Made by a program: the position numbers and the translations under genes. The notes beneath the pieces are model-generated. The model was not told where the DNA came from. It saw only the letters and a program-made list of their open reading frames with translations, and did not search any database. A stretch of 64,000 nucleotides of DNA. Source: an uncultured Planctomycetota bacterium (GTDB taxonomy: Bacteria > Planctomycetota > Planctomycetia > Isosphaerales > Isosphaeraceae). The stretch covers positions 74,265 to 138,264 of the forward strand of contig CAWJTV010000006.1 in the NCBI GenBank assembly GCA_963845755.1. Reading direction: 5' to 3'. Below, one piece after another: positions 31,710-43,698 of this stretch (within the stretch, counting starts at the first letter, position 1; the number at the start of each line of letters is the position of its first letter).

Positions 31710-33408
31710 TTCCCTCAGCGGTAATCTGGGGTCCCAAGCAAGTGGGTGGACGATCCGGCGAGTAACCCCACTCGCTCGCGTCCACGTCGCGACCGATGTT
31801 CATCGCTCTGCCGGCCTGCCTCAAGACCAATTTCGAAAATCGGCGTTCAGGACCAGCGAGCGGCGATTTCGGCAGGGTGGCGGGAGGTCGATTACCCTGA
31901 GCCTCTCAGTCGGCCGGCCCGCCGAGGAAGCTGGGTCGACCGATGGCCACAGTGGGTTTGCGAACCAGTTGACCCGAGGACGACCACTGCCATGGGATCG
32001 CCCGGTCCGGCCTTCCACAAATGGGCGGAGGTTCCGGCAGCGGCGGGCTTCTTGGACGGGGCCGGGGTCGGCCGGGACCACGAGCCTCGCGGTTGGCATG
32101 CCTGGCGATGGGGCCGCCCAAGGCGGTCGCGAGGTGGCTGCTCGCGGAGACCGGAATTCCTGGGTCTCGAGGCCAGCCGCGCGGAGACCGTTTCGGGCGG
32201 CCCCGCCGATGACGACCATGGGCCGCCAGGCCAAGGCACGCCTCGAGGCGGCCCCAGCCGAGTCGTGTCGACGATCCAGGCCACCCGGTCAAAGAGGGGG
32301 CCGCCCACGGCGGTCGCCGTCGTCGCTGTCGGAGGAGACCCGCAACGGATTGGGTCTACCAGGCCAGCGGCCGGGCGACCGTCCTGCGGCGGCCCCACCG
32401 TCTTCGACCGGCGATCCAGGCCATCCGGTCCTCTGGGCAGGGCCGCCCAAATTGGTCGCGCTCGTAGCGGCCGCGAGACCGCAACCCGGTCGGAATCTCT
32501 TCGCCAGCGTCCGGGCGACCGTCGCCGGCGGCCTCGACCTGCAAGTCCGGGGCGGCGCGACCCGCAGGCCCCGGAGTCCGGGACAACCGATCGTGGCGCC
32601 GCGGCGCGAAAAGACCCCCAGGTGGCCCCTCCGGATAACGGACCCTGGACCGGGTACCTACGCGGTTGCCAATGTTGCCATTCCTATTCCCGCCGAGCCG
32701 ATCGTTCCCGGTATCGTCAACCGGCTCGATGCCGCCGGCTCCATCAAGGGGACAAGACGCGGGACGAGACTCGGGCACAGATGCGACGGCTGGGGAAATC
32801 AACACGATGGTCACCCCGAGCTCTTGCGGGATTTGCCGACCCCCGAGGCCGGCCACCAGGGAACGCGATGGCCCGGCTCGACCGATGGTGCTGCGAGGCT
32901 GAGCCGCCGATGAATGAACGGGCTAGGGGACGACATGGCTCAGGGTGGCGACACAGGCGGGCCGCCCTAAACAGTCCTGAAGACGCTGCCGACGGAAACC
33001 AGAGCGGAAGGGGTTTCCGCAGCAGCGGCCATGCGACTGCCCCGGGCGGCCCCCGGCACAGAACCCCCGGTGTCAAGGCTCCCGGTCTGTGAGGCGTCGC
33101 CAGCGACCCGCGGGCGGCAGGCCGATCCCATGGTCGACGGCGGTCGGCGATCCAGGAGGCGGGTGACTGACGCGTCGAGTTCGGGACTACTGCGATGGGG
33201 CCCAGGAAGAGGATGTGTTGCACATCAGGACGCCGCCAATGGAGTCGTCAGGGGCTGTCTCCAGGGAGACGCTGAACGGATCGTGGTCTCTCTGCAGTGG
33301 CCGAGACGACTTCGGGGCGGCGGTCCCGGGACACTTGGGCGATGAGTCGGCACGGGCCGGCTGACGAGCACCCTCGCAACGCCCACGTGGATTGACGGGT
33401 CAGCGGGC

Positions 33409-33512
33409 CAGGCCGGACCAGCCCGGACCGGGACGCGTGCGGGACGCCTGGAACGGGTTCCCGCACGGTGTGGCCGATCGGCGGCTCCACGGCCCGGCGA
33501 ATCGAGGCTTCG
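33409..33512. repeat. Dispersed ~104 bp repeat, copy 2
   Basis: Same orientation and length as 30803-30906, with scattered substitutions. Confidence 0.85.
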
Positions 33513-33936
33513 ATCGGAGGGCCCGGCCACACGACCTGGAGGCACCTTGTCGCACTCGCCGCGCCTGGCCACGCCACGACAATCCGGTTGCCCCAGGATG
33601 GTGTTCATCCCGGTCGACCTGTCGCTGGTGAAATCGTCGGACCGGGTCTCGAGCCCGACGACCCGCCGACGCCAGGGTCGGATCGTCCCCTTTCGGTGGT
33701 TGGAAGTCCGATAGCTCGGCCCTCGACTCCACCCCCAGGACGACCCGGAGCGGTGCCGATTAGCGTTAATCGAGGTCGAGGCGGGCTGGCCTCCTGGGCT
33801 CTCGGTGCACGCGACCATGATTCCCGAGTGCCGATTAGCGTTAATCGCCGTCGATGGGGGCCGGCCCGTCGCGGTGATGACAGACGAAATCGGACGACCA
33901 ATCGCAACCGGCTCATCGTTCCGATTCGGCCCCTGA

Positions 33937-35925
33937 TCACCTCCCAACTGCAAGGCATCGCGCATCTCGGCCCTTACCGCACCCGAGTGAGATGGCGGGG
34001 CCACATTCCTGCACCAGGCCCAGGACGTCCAGGAATGGTACGTCCGCCAGCGTGCCGAATCGCCCGTCCTTCGCGAGCTCGGTTCGGCTCGTGGCCGGCG
34101 ACGTGAGACCGCAGAGGAACCGGGTGAGTTGTCGCGGGGCCGCCAGCGCCTCGTGCCCTTCGGACCGCAATGCGGCCACCAGGTCCCGTTCAGGACGGCC
34201 TAGATGCTGGACCGTCACCGTGGGCACGGGCCTCGGCGTCGCGCCGAGACAATGCCCGCAATGGCCGCAATTGTCATCCATGTCCTCGCCGAAGTGGGCC
34301 AGCAACCGACGCGTCAGGCAGCCCTCCGCCTGCGGCGTACTCCAACATGTTCCGCACGCGGGCGACCTCCCGCGCCTCCCGTTGCTGCAATCGCTCGGCC
34401 AGGAGCGAGCCCAGCCGGCGGAGGTCCGGCTCGGCTTGCAGGAGGCGATAGCCCTGTCGCATCCCACTCCTCTGGAGTACGAGCTCACCCTGGTCCTCCA
34501 GGGCGGCCAACGCCTCGACGATCCGTTGCCGCGGCTCTTGCAATGCCCGTACAGTCAGGGCCATCTCGAGCGACCACCAGGTGTGACCTCGGCGCGCCAA
34601 ACCTAACAAGCGACGAAGGAATGCAGCCCGTCGGGCGTCGATTCGTCCCGTGATCGCTTCGATTGGCCTCTGTAGCTGGAATTTGTATTCGTTGCAGAAT
34701 GATCCGGTCGCCACCAGGAGCTCTTCCAGCTCGAGGTAGGTCAGGAGTGTCTGCACGACCGATAGGCGGATGTCGTAGGTTTTCGACAGGTGGTATACGG
34801 AGACATCGAACTCGGAGCCCCGACCCAGCACCTCGGCCAGGAACCCCGCGACAGCCTCCGGCGTGGGCGTGTCGCCGTAGGCGAAGTTCTCCAGGGCTAC
34901 GACGTCCTCGGCGCAGGCGAACAGCACGCAGCCGGCCGGCGCACCGTCCCGGCCGGCGCGGCCGATCTCCTGCGCGTAGCCCTCGGGACTCTTGGGGAGG
35001 TTGTAGTGGTAGACCGTGCGGATATCGGCCTTGTCGATCCCCATCCCGAAGGCGATCGTCGCGACGATGATCTGGGATTCGGCTCCCATGAAGGCGTCCT
35101 GGATCCGGTGCCTCTGCTCGTCGCCCAGCCCGGCGTGATACGCGACGGCGTCGTAGCCGAGGCCGGCCAGCGCCTTGGCCACTTGCTCGGCCGTCTTCTG
35201 GAGCGTCACGTAGACGATCGCCGGGCCGGGAGGGCGGGATTCGAGGTGCTTCCGCAACAAGGGAAATCGGTCTCCAGCCCGACAGGGGATCGCGTGCAGC
35301 TCCAGGTTCGGTCGATGAAAGCCCGTGACGACGATGTTCCCTGCCTCGATCCGGAATGCCTGCGCGATGTCCCGGGCGACCCCAGGCGTGGCGGTCGCCG
35401 TCAACGCCAGCACACAGCCCACATCGAGCTGCTCGCGCCAGCCTGCGCCAGCTTGAGGTACTCGGGGCGGAAGTTGTGGCCCCACTCGCTGAGGCAGTGC
35501 GCCTCGTCGATCGCCAGCATCTTGATCGGATGCTGGGACAGGGTTTGCAAGATCCGCTCGCTGGCCAGGCGCTCGGGAGCGAGATAGAGCAGCTGGAGGC
35601 GGCCCGCGTCGAGATCGGCATAGATCTGGAGGGCCTCGGCGTCGTCGAGGCTGGAGTCGAGACGGGCGGCCCGGACGCCCCTCCTGACGAGCTGATCCAC
35701 CTGGTCCTTCATCAGGGCGATCAGCGGCGAGACGACCACGGTCAGGCCGTCGAGCAAGGCGGCCGGGAGCTGGTAGCAGAGGCTCTTGCCGCCGCCGGTG
35801 GGGAAGATCGCCAGCGTCGAAGCGCCGCCGAGCAGGCGGGTAATCACCATCTCCTGGCCGGGAAGAAAGCTGCGGTGGCCGAACACGACTTCGAGCGTGC
35901 GGCGAGCATCATCGAGGTTTGGCAC
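33937..35925 (-). pseudogene. recQ: RecQ-family ATP-dependent DNA helicase, frameshifted (~35440, ~34320)
   Basis: PTGGGKSLCYQ, SPLIALMKDQV, IDEAHCLSEWGHNFRPEY, ATIAFGMGIDK, QEIGRAGRDG, CGHCGHC Zn site. Confidence 0.9.
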
Positions 35926-36321
35926 GGACGATACACCTTTCGGATCACGTGGGACGTAAGGGTTGTGGATCGCGGGCGATCACCCGGAGGCGATCCCCGC
36001 AAGATGGGCACTGAGCCCCTTGGATCGAGTTGCGCCGCCCGGCGATCTTCCACCTCTGGAGTTCATCGCCACCCAGGCCATGCGATCATCGTCGCGTCGG
36101 TGTCCAGGGCTCGTAGGGCGTCGAGTCGTTAAGCCGCGGCAGATCATCGACCAGCAGGCGCAGCGAGCTTCCAGGTCGATGTCGCCGCCCAGGCAGATGA
36201 TAGGGCAGGCATCGCGTTTGCACCAAACGCACTCCATCGACCCCAGCCCGCGTCGGTTCACGCTGCGGTGTATACGTCGCTGCGGATCTACACCAAGGTG
36301 CCCCGCGATGTCGCGCGGCGG

Positions 36322-37536
36322 TTATCCGTACAAGCAGCCGGCGCACCCACAGATCATGCAGCCCTTCCCCATGGGCGTCTTCCCCTTGCCCCGGCACTTC
36401 CAGCAGAGGACCCAGTTTTCGCAAGGGGGAGCCGTGACCAGCCGGTAGATCAGGACTGCGATTGATCCGGCCCTCGCTTCCGCGCTCTCGAGGTGATGGC
36501 GAATCGTGAGATCGGCGTTCAGTAGCTCTTCCAGGGCCTCGATGTGCGGTTTGGCCTTTAGCTCGAGTCGCACCAGGGCATCGAAAATCGTGGGATCGGC
36601 GAGGTCGTCGCGAAGCGGGAGATCCTCCAGCGACGTCCCTTCGGTCGGCGGGGACGAGCCGGCAGGCCCGGGTTGCAGTCCACCGGTACCGTCCGACGCC
36701 GCGTGCTCTCCCGTGCCGTCGCGATCGTTAACGCCGCGCCGATTGGTCGGCACCGTCGAACTTCCCTTTGCGCTCACATGACCCGGATCCGACCCGCCAC
36801 AGCGGCGGGTCGTGACCTCGGGCGATTCCTCGGCATTCGCGACCCGCCCCGGTCGGGCATCGTCTCGCGATCTGGCGTCGTCGGGACGGCACGCCGTCTC
36901 TGGGTCCGACCGGGCCTCGGGCCCGGACGTCGCGGCCTTGCCCGGGGTGTCGGTAGACACGACCAGGTCGACGATGTCTCTGCCGGACCAGCCCTCGGTC
37001 GTCGGCTCGTCCACCGCGGCGGTCGTGGTGGGCTCATTCGGTTGCGCCGTGGCCGACGCCGCCGCCGAAGCCGCCGGTGTGCGCCCTGAGACCCCCGACG
37101 TCGCGTCGCATCGACGCTCGGGTTTGCTCGTCGCGCCGTTCCCGTGATCGAGGGTGCGATCGCCCTCACGGCGGCAACCGGCGATCGACGCGTTCCCGGG
37201 TTTGGTCTCCCGGTCTTGACCGGTCGCCTTGTTCCCGGAAGGGAGCATCCGTCGCACGGCCTCGACCGTCAAATCCGCACGGCCGTGCGTTTCTCGCTTG
37301 ATCAGCGCCTCGTGCGCCGCGAATCTCATGAACTCCTGCGTCGTTCGCTCCTTGAGGCCGCATCGCTTCAGGAACCCGATCCATTTACCGTGATTGCAGA
37401 AGCTCTTCGCCTCCTTAAGGCATTTACCCACGGCGATCCGCGCGTCGATGGCAATACGGAACGCCTTACCGATCCTCCCGACATTTGACGCGATGCGCCT
37501 CTCGATCGACTTCAATTGTTGCGCCACCGGGAGCAT
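36322..37536 (-). CDS. DUF3102-like phage/ICE protein with low-complexity linker and C-terminal CxxCxGxG...CxxC Zn ribbon
   Basis: IAVGKCLKEAK....HGKW..FL...GL.ERT.Q.FMR; CWKCRGKG...CMICGCAG. Confidence 0.65.
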   Translation of the reverse strand: MLPVAQQLKSIERRIASNVGRIGKAFRIAIDARIAVGKCLKEAKSFCNHGKWIGFLKRCGLKERTTQEFMRFAAHEALIKRETHGRADLTVEAVRRMLPSGNKATGQDRETKPGNASIAGCRREGDRTLDHGNGATSKPERRCDATSGVSGRTPAASAAASATAQPNEPTTTAAVDEPTTEGWSGRDIVDLVVSTDTPGKAATSGPEARSDPETACRPDDARSRDDARPGRVANAEESPEVTTRRCGGSDPGHVSAKGSSTVPTNRRGVNDRDGTGEHAASDGTGGLQPGPAGSSPPTEGTSLEDLPLRDDLADPTIFDALVRLELKAKPHIEALEELLNADLTIRHHLESAEARAGSIAVLIYRLVTAPPCENWVLCWKCRGKGKTPMGKGCMICGCAGCLYG

Positions 37537-39221
37537 CGGCTCCGCGCCTTGAATGGGCCATTGTCGAATTTTGAGGGGGCTCAGCTTCGACGATCTCCCA
37601 GGGCTCGACGGCCGCGTCGCCGCCGCCGCAACTCGGGTCACGCGGGGTCAACTCCGGCGGTGCGCCGCATCCGTCAGCGGGAGGCGCAGCTCGTGACCGC
37701 TTACGCCGACGACCTATCGGGGCACATTTCGACCGGGCTTTCGCCATCCTGATCGATCTCCAGTCAGATGGTCGGGATTCGCGTCATTGTGTGACGACCT
37801 GATGCGCGGTACCCGGATTCCTCAGGACGTACCGCCTCCCCACGATCATCTCGAGATCCTCGAATTGGACCAACTCGGCAGCCTCGAGATCGACGTTCCG
37901 GGCGTTGCGCGAGGCGGCCTCTGGCCCAGCTCCAGCCGAGACGTCCTGGCCGTTTCCTCCGTCTTTCGCCGGGGCGGGCGTCCCAAGGCCGCCAACCCGG
38001 TCGCCGCCCCGTGGTGAGCCGGACGCCGCTCGAGCGACGGGATGGTCTTGCTCGAACCGAGCCAGACGTTGATGTCCGCCCACGGCCGTCGCGCGGCCCG
38101 CCTGACCTCCTTTGATTGCCGGCTGTGGAATGGCGCAATGGTCACCCGATCGTCCAGATGGTCCGGTGTGGTGCCGGCGGAGTAAAGGACGAGGGTGCGG
38201 AGCATTCCCCGAAATCCAGCGGTCCATCTCGGTCTCGACAACTCGGAAGACGCGTCGGACATCATGCCCGGCGGCGCGTAGCCGCTCGATTAACGTGAGG
38301 CCGCCATTCCTGTCTCGAAGCGTCGGTGAAGAGGGATCGGCCCACGCGGCCGGTGATCGTCCAGGAGCCTCCTGCCACCGCCAACCGATCTCAATCCGGC
38401 GTCCATCGTGGTAGGCATCGGTCGGAGAGGTTCGAGTCCTAATCTGATCTTCGTCCTGCCCGTCATCGTACCCGCCCGTGGTGTCTGGGCCGAAGATCGA
38501 GCGGTAGGTCTTTCCCGTGCACGCGCCGGCCACCGCCCGCGGCGCAGCGCCGAGCGGGCTACGCCGGGGCGAGGCCGAAGCGCCAGCGCGCCGAGAACCT
38601 GCCGACCCGATCGCCAGGCTCCAGCTCGGGCGAGGCAGCGATGTCGTCCCGACCAGGGTCGAGGCCGCGTCAATCGACGGGATCCGGCGTCGAATAGACC
38701 GCGAGTCCCTCGAGATCGAGCGGTGATGGATCGCCGATCCTCCTGTTGACCCGGTCCAACCCATCGTCCGTCGCGGCGATCTCGATCAGGCGAGGCATTG
38801 AGCAGCGTCATCGACTCGACTACGACCGCCGTATCGACCAAGGACGTGGCCGACCTGCCTTGGCCTGCCATTCGGCCTCGATTCGCGCCGGAAGCACCAG
38901 TGCGAGCCGAGGGATCGGCCCATCTTGCCCCGAATCCGGCACGAGATAGTCGATTGTCCGAAGGTGCGAGCGTGTGCATGATCTTGTCGGCGACGCTATC
39001 GTTGCTCGACGTCAGGGATTGCTGTTGATAGGGTTGCTTCAAGAAGAAAGAAAAGCCAATGACAGACAAACGGGGGGCCGTACTCGGCCCCGTTTGTCGA
39101 TTGTTAGTTCTCTCTGAGCGCAGCGAAGAAGAGATGGTACTAAAGGAAGATTTAATACCAGTACGCGAGGATCGCCCATCGGCCTCGCTGGAACGCCTGA
39201 GGAGGGCCGGCGACTTCGCCG

Positions 39222-40244
39222 GTGACGCTACAGCGCATGCGGTGCAATCCTGAACCTGATCCGGCGTGCGTGGCAGGCGACAGGTCCGGACGCTCCGGTC
39301 CCGGCGATATCGTTTTCAAGATCGCCCGGCCCCGTTTCTCGCTCCTCTCCAACGTCGGCATCGACGCCGTGCTCTATCCGCTGTTTGGCCGCGTTGGCAA
39401 CCTCCAGCGGCGTCATCCCCAGGTCGTTCACCTGATCGACCTCTGGCGGCGACGGGTCGCCGAGCTGGTCGAGGCCGGCTGGGAGCCCGGCGCCGACGAC
39501 CGAGCCCTGGACCGGAGGGAGCGAAGGATCTCGCAGCTCCGCAATTGCAGCCCGCCGTTCGGCGCGGCGCGGCCGTCCAGCTCGTGCGGCCTCAGCTCGC
39601 TTTGCCCGTTCTGTTGGGGACGGGCCGCGATGACGATCTGGAACCTCGCGGACAGGGTCTTCTTCCCGCCCGATCCGAGTACGAGCCGTCGCCCCGAGAT
39701 GCCGGCGTGCAGCCTGGTCGAGACCAGTCGAACCCATCGGATTCCAGGCCCGGATCCCGGGCTCCTCACCGCGTTCCTGGCCGACCGCGTCCGCAAGCCG
39801 CCGCGCGGCATCCCGTTCGGGCCGTTCTTTCGGCAGCACGAATTGCAGAAGTATTCGTCGCTCGGCGGGTACGAGACGATCGCCGTCTCGACAGACGCCC
39901 GCGGACGTGATCCGGGCGGCTGGGTCGTCGCGATCCGGCAGCTCCTGGCCGTGAATGCCGACCACCTCCACTTGTTCGTCGCGCCCCAATATCGGAACAT
40001 TCGGGTCAGGGTCGGCAAGCACGGCCAGCCCGACCGCCGGGCCCTGGCCCGCGCCGTGGCGCGGCTCTGCCGATACCCGCCCTGGCTCCTACGCGGCAAC
40101 CCCGAGCAGGTCATCAACTCGCTCACGGTGCGCGAGGGCTTGCGGCTCTGGGCGGCATTCGGCAACTTCCGCGGCGTCAGGCCCCGGGCCGACGAATCCA
40201 TTCACGAAGAGCGAGCTCAATGCCCTTGCCAGACGACGACGTGA
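39222..40244 (+). CDS. Hypothetical protein (phage/ICE-like)
   Basis: 340 aa ORF overlapping the next gene; C...C....CPFC Cys cluster. Confidence 0.55.
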   Translation: MTLQRMRCNPEPDPACVAGDRSGRSGPGDIVFKIARPRFSLLSNVGIDAVLYPLFGRVGNLQRRHPQVVHLIDLWRRRVAELVEAGWEPGADDRALDRRERRISQLRNCSPPFGAARPSSSCGLSSLCPFCWGRAAMTIWNLADRVFFPPDPSTSRRPEMPACSLVETSRTHRIPGPDPGLLTAFLADRVRKPPRGIPFGPFFRQHELQKYSSLGGYETIAVSTDARGRDPGGWVVAIRQLLAVNADHLHLFVAPQYRNIRVRVGKHGQPDRRALARAVARLCRYPPWLLRGNPEQVINSLTVREGLRLWAAFGNFRGVRPRADESIHEERAQCPCQTTT

Positions 40245-41113
40245 CGAACCGGCTCATGGCCCGCACGGCCTACCTCGGCATCTCGGGAATCACCCCGACC
40301 GTGGACCTGTTCCCGAAGAAGGTGCTTCCGTCCGGCCTGCACGACCCGGACTGCTACGACCTGACGAGGTTCCTGACGCACCTCGTGCGCCACACGTATG
40401 TAGGCTGCCGGAGGGCAGCCACCGAGGCCATCACGCGGCGACCCGATCACTATGGTGCTCATGAGCTCCGCCGATGGGACGGCGGCTACGACTGGAAGGG
40501 GCGGTACCACGCGCCGATCTGGGTCAAGGTCGCGAGGGCCATCCTGGACCGCGGCCTTGACTTCGAAGGGTACATCAATGCGGGATTCATACGCGTCGCC
40601 AACGCCGGATCTCCGTATCCCAACAAACTGCTCTCTCCCGCGGCCCTCGACCAATACCAGCAGGACGAGCAGGGAGAGGCCATCACACGGCGAAGAATCC
40701 ATCGAGCTACGATGGGATCCCAATTCGCTCTCGAGTGCAGCCGGGCCAACCGTTTGTTCGGCGGGACATGGGCAAACGCGGTACTCAGCACACTCCGAGA
40801 CCCGAGCAACGCCCTGCGTCCGTTCTTCCGTTACTGGGTCGCGGCGCAGTTCGACCGGGTGCAGCCAGAGTATCGCGAGGTCCTCATGGCGTATCGCCCC
40901 AAGGCTCTGCGTGAGTATGCGAGCTCCGTGCGAGCATACGAGGTCGCCTACCGGGATCCTGATTCAACGGTGGTGTTGATGGAGTTCCGTCCGGTTGTCG
41001 AGAAGGCGCGGCAGGCCTTCGCCGAGCTTGTCGAGGGTGACCAGAGCCGATGGCTGCCGACCCCGGTCGGAGCATGGCCCGATGCTCGCCAGGCGGAAGC
41101 TGGTAGGCCTTAA
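40220..41113 (+). CDS. Hypothetical protein (phage/ICE-like)
   Basis: 297 aa ORF with normal globular composition; operon-like overlap with the upstream ORF. Confidence 0.65.
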   Translation: MPLPDDDVTNRLMARTAYLGISGITPTVDLFPKKVLPSGLHDPDCYDLTRFLTHLVRHTYVGCRRAATEAITRRPDHYGAHELRRWDGGYDWKGRYHAPIWVKVARAILDRGLDFEGYINAGFIRVANAGSPYPNKLLSPAALDQYQQDEQGEAITRRRIHRATMGSQFALECSRANRLFGGTWANAVLSTLRDPSNALRPFFRYWVAAQFDRVQPEYREVLMAYRPKALREYASSVRAYEVAYRDPDSTVVLMEFRPVVEKARQAFAELVEGDQSRWLPTPVGAWPDARQAEAGRP

Positions 41114-42376
41114 GAATGAGGGGCGACCGATCCCCGGATGCGTCCGGGCGGGCTGCGGGATCGAGGATCAACCCCAAGCTCGGTACCCGTTAGTCCCCTT
41201 CCGGGACGATCGTCCGGTGGCATGGGCGACGGCCACTCAAGGTCCGGTTCGAGATACGCCGCGACACCCGGGTAGCAGAGGAGGGCGGCGAAAAGCGGCC
41301 TGGATCTCTCCGGATTCGAGTTTCAGCGAGACCTTGCGTAGCGGAGGTCTCGGCGCCCTGCTCCGTCGATCGACTCAACCTGATGTGCCGGCGATACACA
41401 TACGACGGTTGCGATCTGCACGCGTGCCGCGCCGGAGCCTTGCTTGTGTCCGCTGGCGTCGAAAACCGAGCGTGGGACGGCCGATATCGCTGGCGAATCC
41501 GGAGCGGCCGAATCGAGGATCACTCGACGCTCCTCCCCGACCTGCCCCACGCCCCGGTCGGGCGGCCTGCGTGCCCGCATTCCTGGCGGTTTCCGCTCGT
41601 CACATCCCCGGGCCATCGAATCTCCGGCCGTTTCGCCTAGTGATCGCACATTCCGTGGCCCCGTCGAATCACGTCGGTGCCCCTCCGCCGCCGCGTCGGT
41701 GCGCGTGCAGTTGGGTTACCGACGGGGCAACAGGCTGTGGTCGCGCCGAGTTGGCCGTTGATTTACCGCCACGGTGCTCGAGCGCTTCGCACGTCTCCAT
41801 CATGACTCGTTAGATCGCGTGGGGGGGCCCCGCATATTCGAGTAGGGCACCGTCCCGCGGCCAACCCGTCGTCAACGCTGCTTTGCGACGACCCGGCCAT
41901 GCAGCCGAAGGATCGCTCCGGGAGAGAGGAATCCGGGATCGGGCTGCGACACCACGCACGTGGGCCGCTGCGCCGGCGGTTGGCCCTCGGCCGATCTGGA
42001 ATCCGGGATTCCCCGGAATCGAGGTCGCGGCGGCAGGCCGGGTCCCTATGAAGGCCGGCCCTACGCCGACTTCGACGGATCGCATCGGGCGGCACCCTGA
42101 CCGCAGAGCCGCCGTCAATCCGGCGAGTCCCGGATGGCGGCCGACGGCGTCGCCGCCGAACCGGTGGCCCGCAAGCCTCTCGCGACCCTGGCGGAGCCGT
42201 TCCGGGGATTTGCTCGCGCGGCGGGAGGATTTCAACGGTTGGAACCCGTGAATCCTGCCCGCCGCGACCTGAAGTTCGTGCGACAGCATGCGATGACTAC
42301 TGCGTCCGACTTCGACGAGGATGAGCGCGCTCAGCCGATGATGGGCTTAGGGCCGCGTCTCGAGAGGGGTGGCTAA

Positions 42377-43698
42377 GGAACCGCGAAAAAATAAGTTGAG
42401 CAATTTCGGGTTGCGGAATTATGCGGCTTCGACGATCCTTGCCGCATGCAAGACACAACCACCATTGAGTGTATCCGGCAGAAGTACCTGGCGCTGTCTC
42501 CTGTGATGGACGAGCAGATACGCAGACTGTGGGTAGCTACTGAGGCTTCCGCCTTGGGTTGGGGCGGCGTCACGGCCGTCTCCCTGGCTACGGGTGTGGC
42601 TCGTAATACGATCGCGGCGGGGCTTCGTGAACTGGAAGATCGTCGTGCTCATCCGGAGCCGAGCCGCGCGTTGCGGATTCGTCGCCCTGGTGCCGGTCGC
42701 AAGCTCCTGACCGAGACCGACCCGGGATTGCAACAAGCTTTGGAGGTCTTGGTCGATCCGGCGACCCGAGGGCATCCGGAGTCGCCGCTGCGCTGGACCT
42801 GTAAGAGCACCAGTAAGTTGGCCGAGGAACTTCGGAATCAGGGGCACGCCGTGTCGGACCGCGCGGTCGCTCACCTCCTGAAGAAGGCCGGCTATAGCCT
42901 GCAAGCCAATCGCAAGACGAGAGAAGGCTCCTCGCAGCCGGACCGCAACGCCCAGTTCGAGTACATCAACCGACAAGTGATCGCATACCAGAGGCGCAGT
43001 CAACCGGTCGTGTCCGTCAACACCAAGAAGAAGGAATTGGTCGGCGAATTCAAGAACCCGGGTGAGGAATGGCAACCCAAAGGCGAGCCGGAGGAGGTCA
43101 AAGTCCATGACTTCCCGGACAAGAAGTTGGGTAAGGCGATCCCTTATGGGGTATACGACCTCGCTCATAACGAAGGCTGGGTCAGCGTGGGGATCGATCA
43201 CGATACGGCGCGGTTCGCGGTGGCCAGCATCGGGCGCTGGTGGCGGGAGATGGGTTGCCGGCGCGTATCCGCGAGCTACGCAATTGATGATCACCGCGGA
43301 CGGGGGCGGAAGCAATGGCAGCCGCAACCGACTGTGGAAGCTGGCATTGCAAGACCTGGCCAGTGACTTGGGTATGTCGCTGCGCGTGCTGTCACTTCCC
43401 ACCGGGGACCAGTAAATGGAACAAAATCGAACATCGGCTCTTCTGCTTCATTACCAAGAACTGGCGGGGCCGGCCGCTGACGAGCTACCAGGTGATCGTG
43501 AACCTCATCGCGAATACGACGACGAAGACGGGCCTGACGGTGCGTGCCCTCCTGGATACCGACGTATATGAGACCGGAATCGAGGTCAGTGACGAGCAAC
43601 TTGCTAGCCTCAAGTTAACGCCGGCCAAGTTTCACGGAGAGTGGAACTACACAATCCGCCCCCAGAAATAATTGCTCAGGTTATTTTTTCGCTGTTCC
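42377..43698 (+). mobile_element. ISAzo13-family insertion sequence
   Basis: TIRs GGAAC(C/A)GCGAAAAAATAA..TGAGCAATT; TAA on both flanks. Confidence 0.88.
42446..43671 (+). pseudogene. ISAzo13 (Rhodopirellula-type) transposase, two frameshifts
   Basis: TRGHPESPLRWTCKS, KKKELVGEFKN, ITADGGGSNG, PPGTSKWNKIEHRLF, FHGEWNYTI. Confidence 0.9.

Noticed and set aside
31746..33345. 448-aa and 314-aa ORFs
   Set aside because: Composition typical of non-coding high-GC frames; no recognisable domain.
41120..42370. Several overlapping ORFs
   Set aside because: No convincing coding signal or motif.
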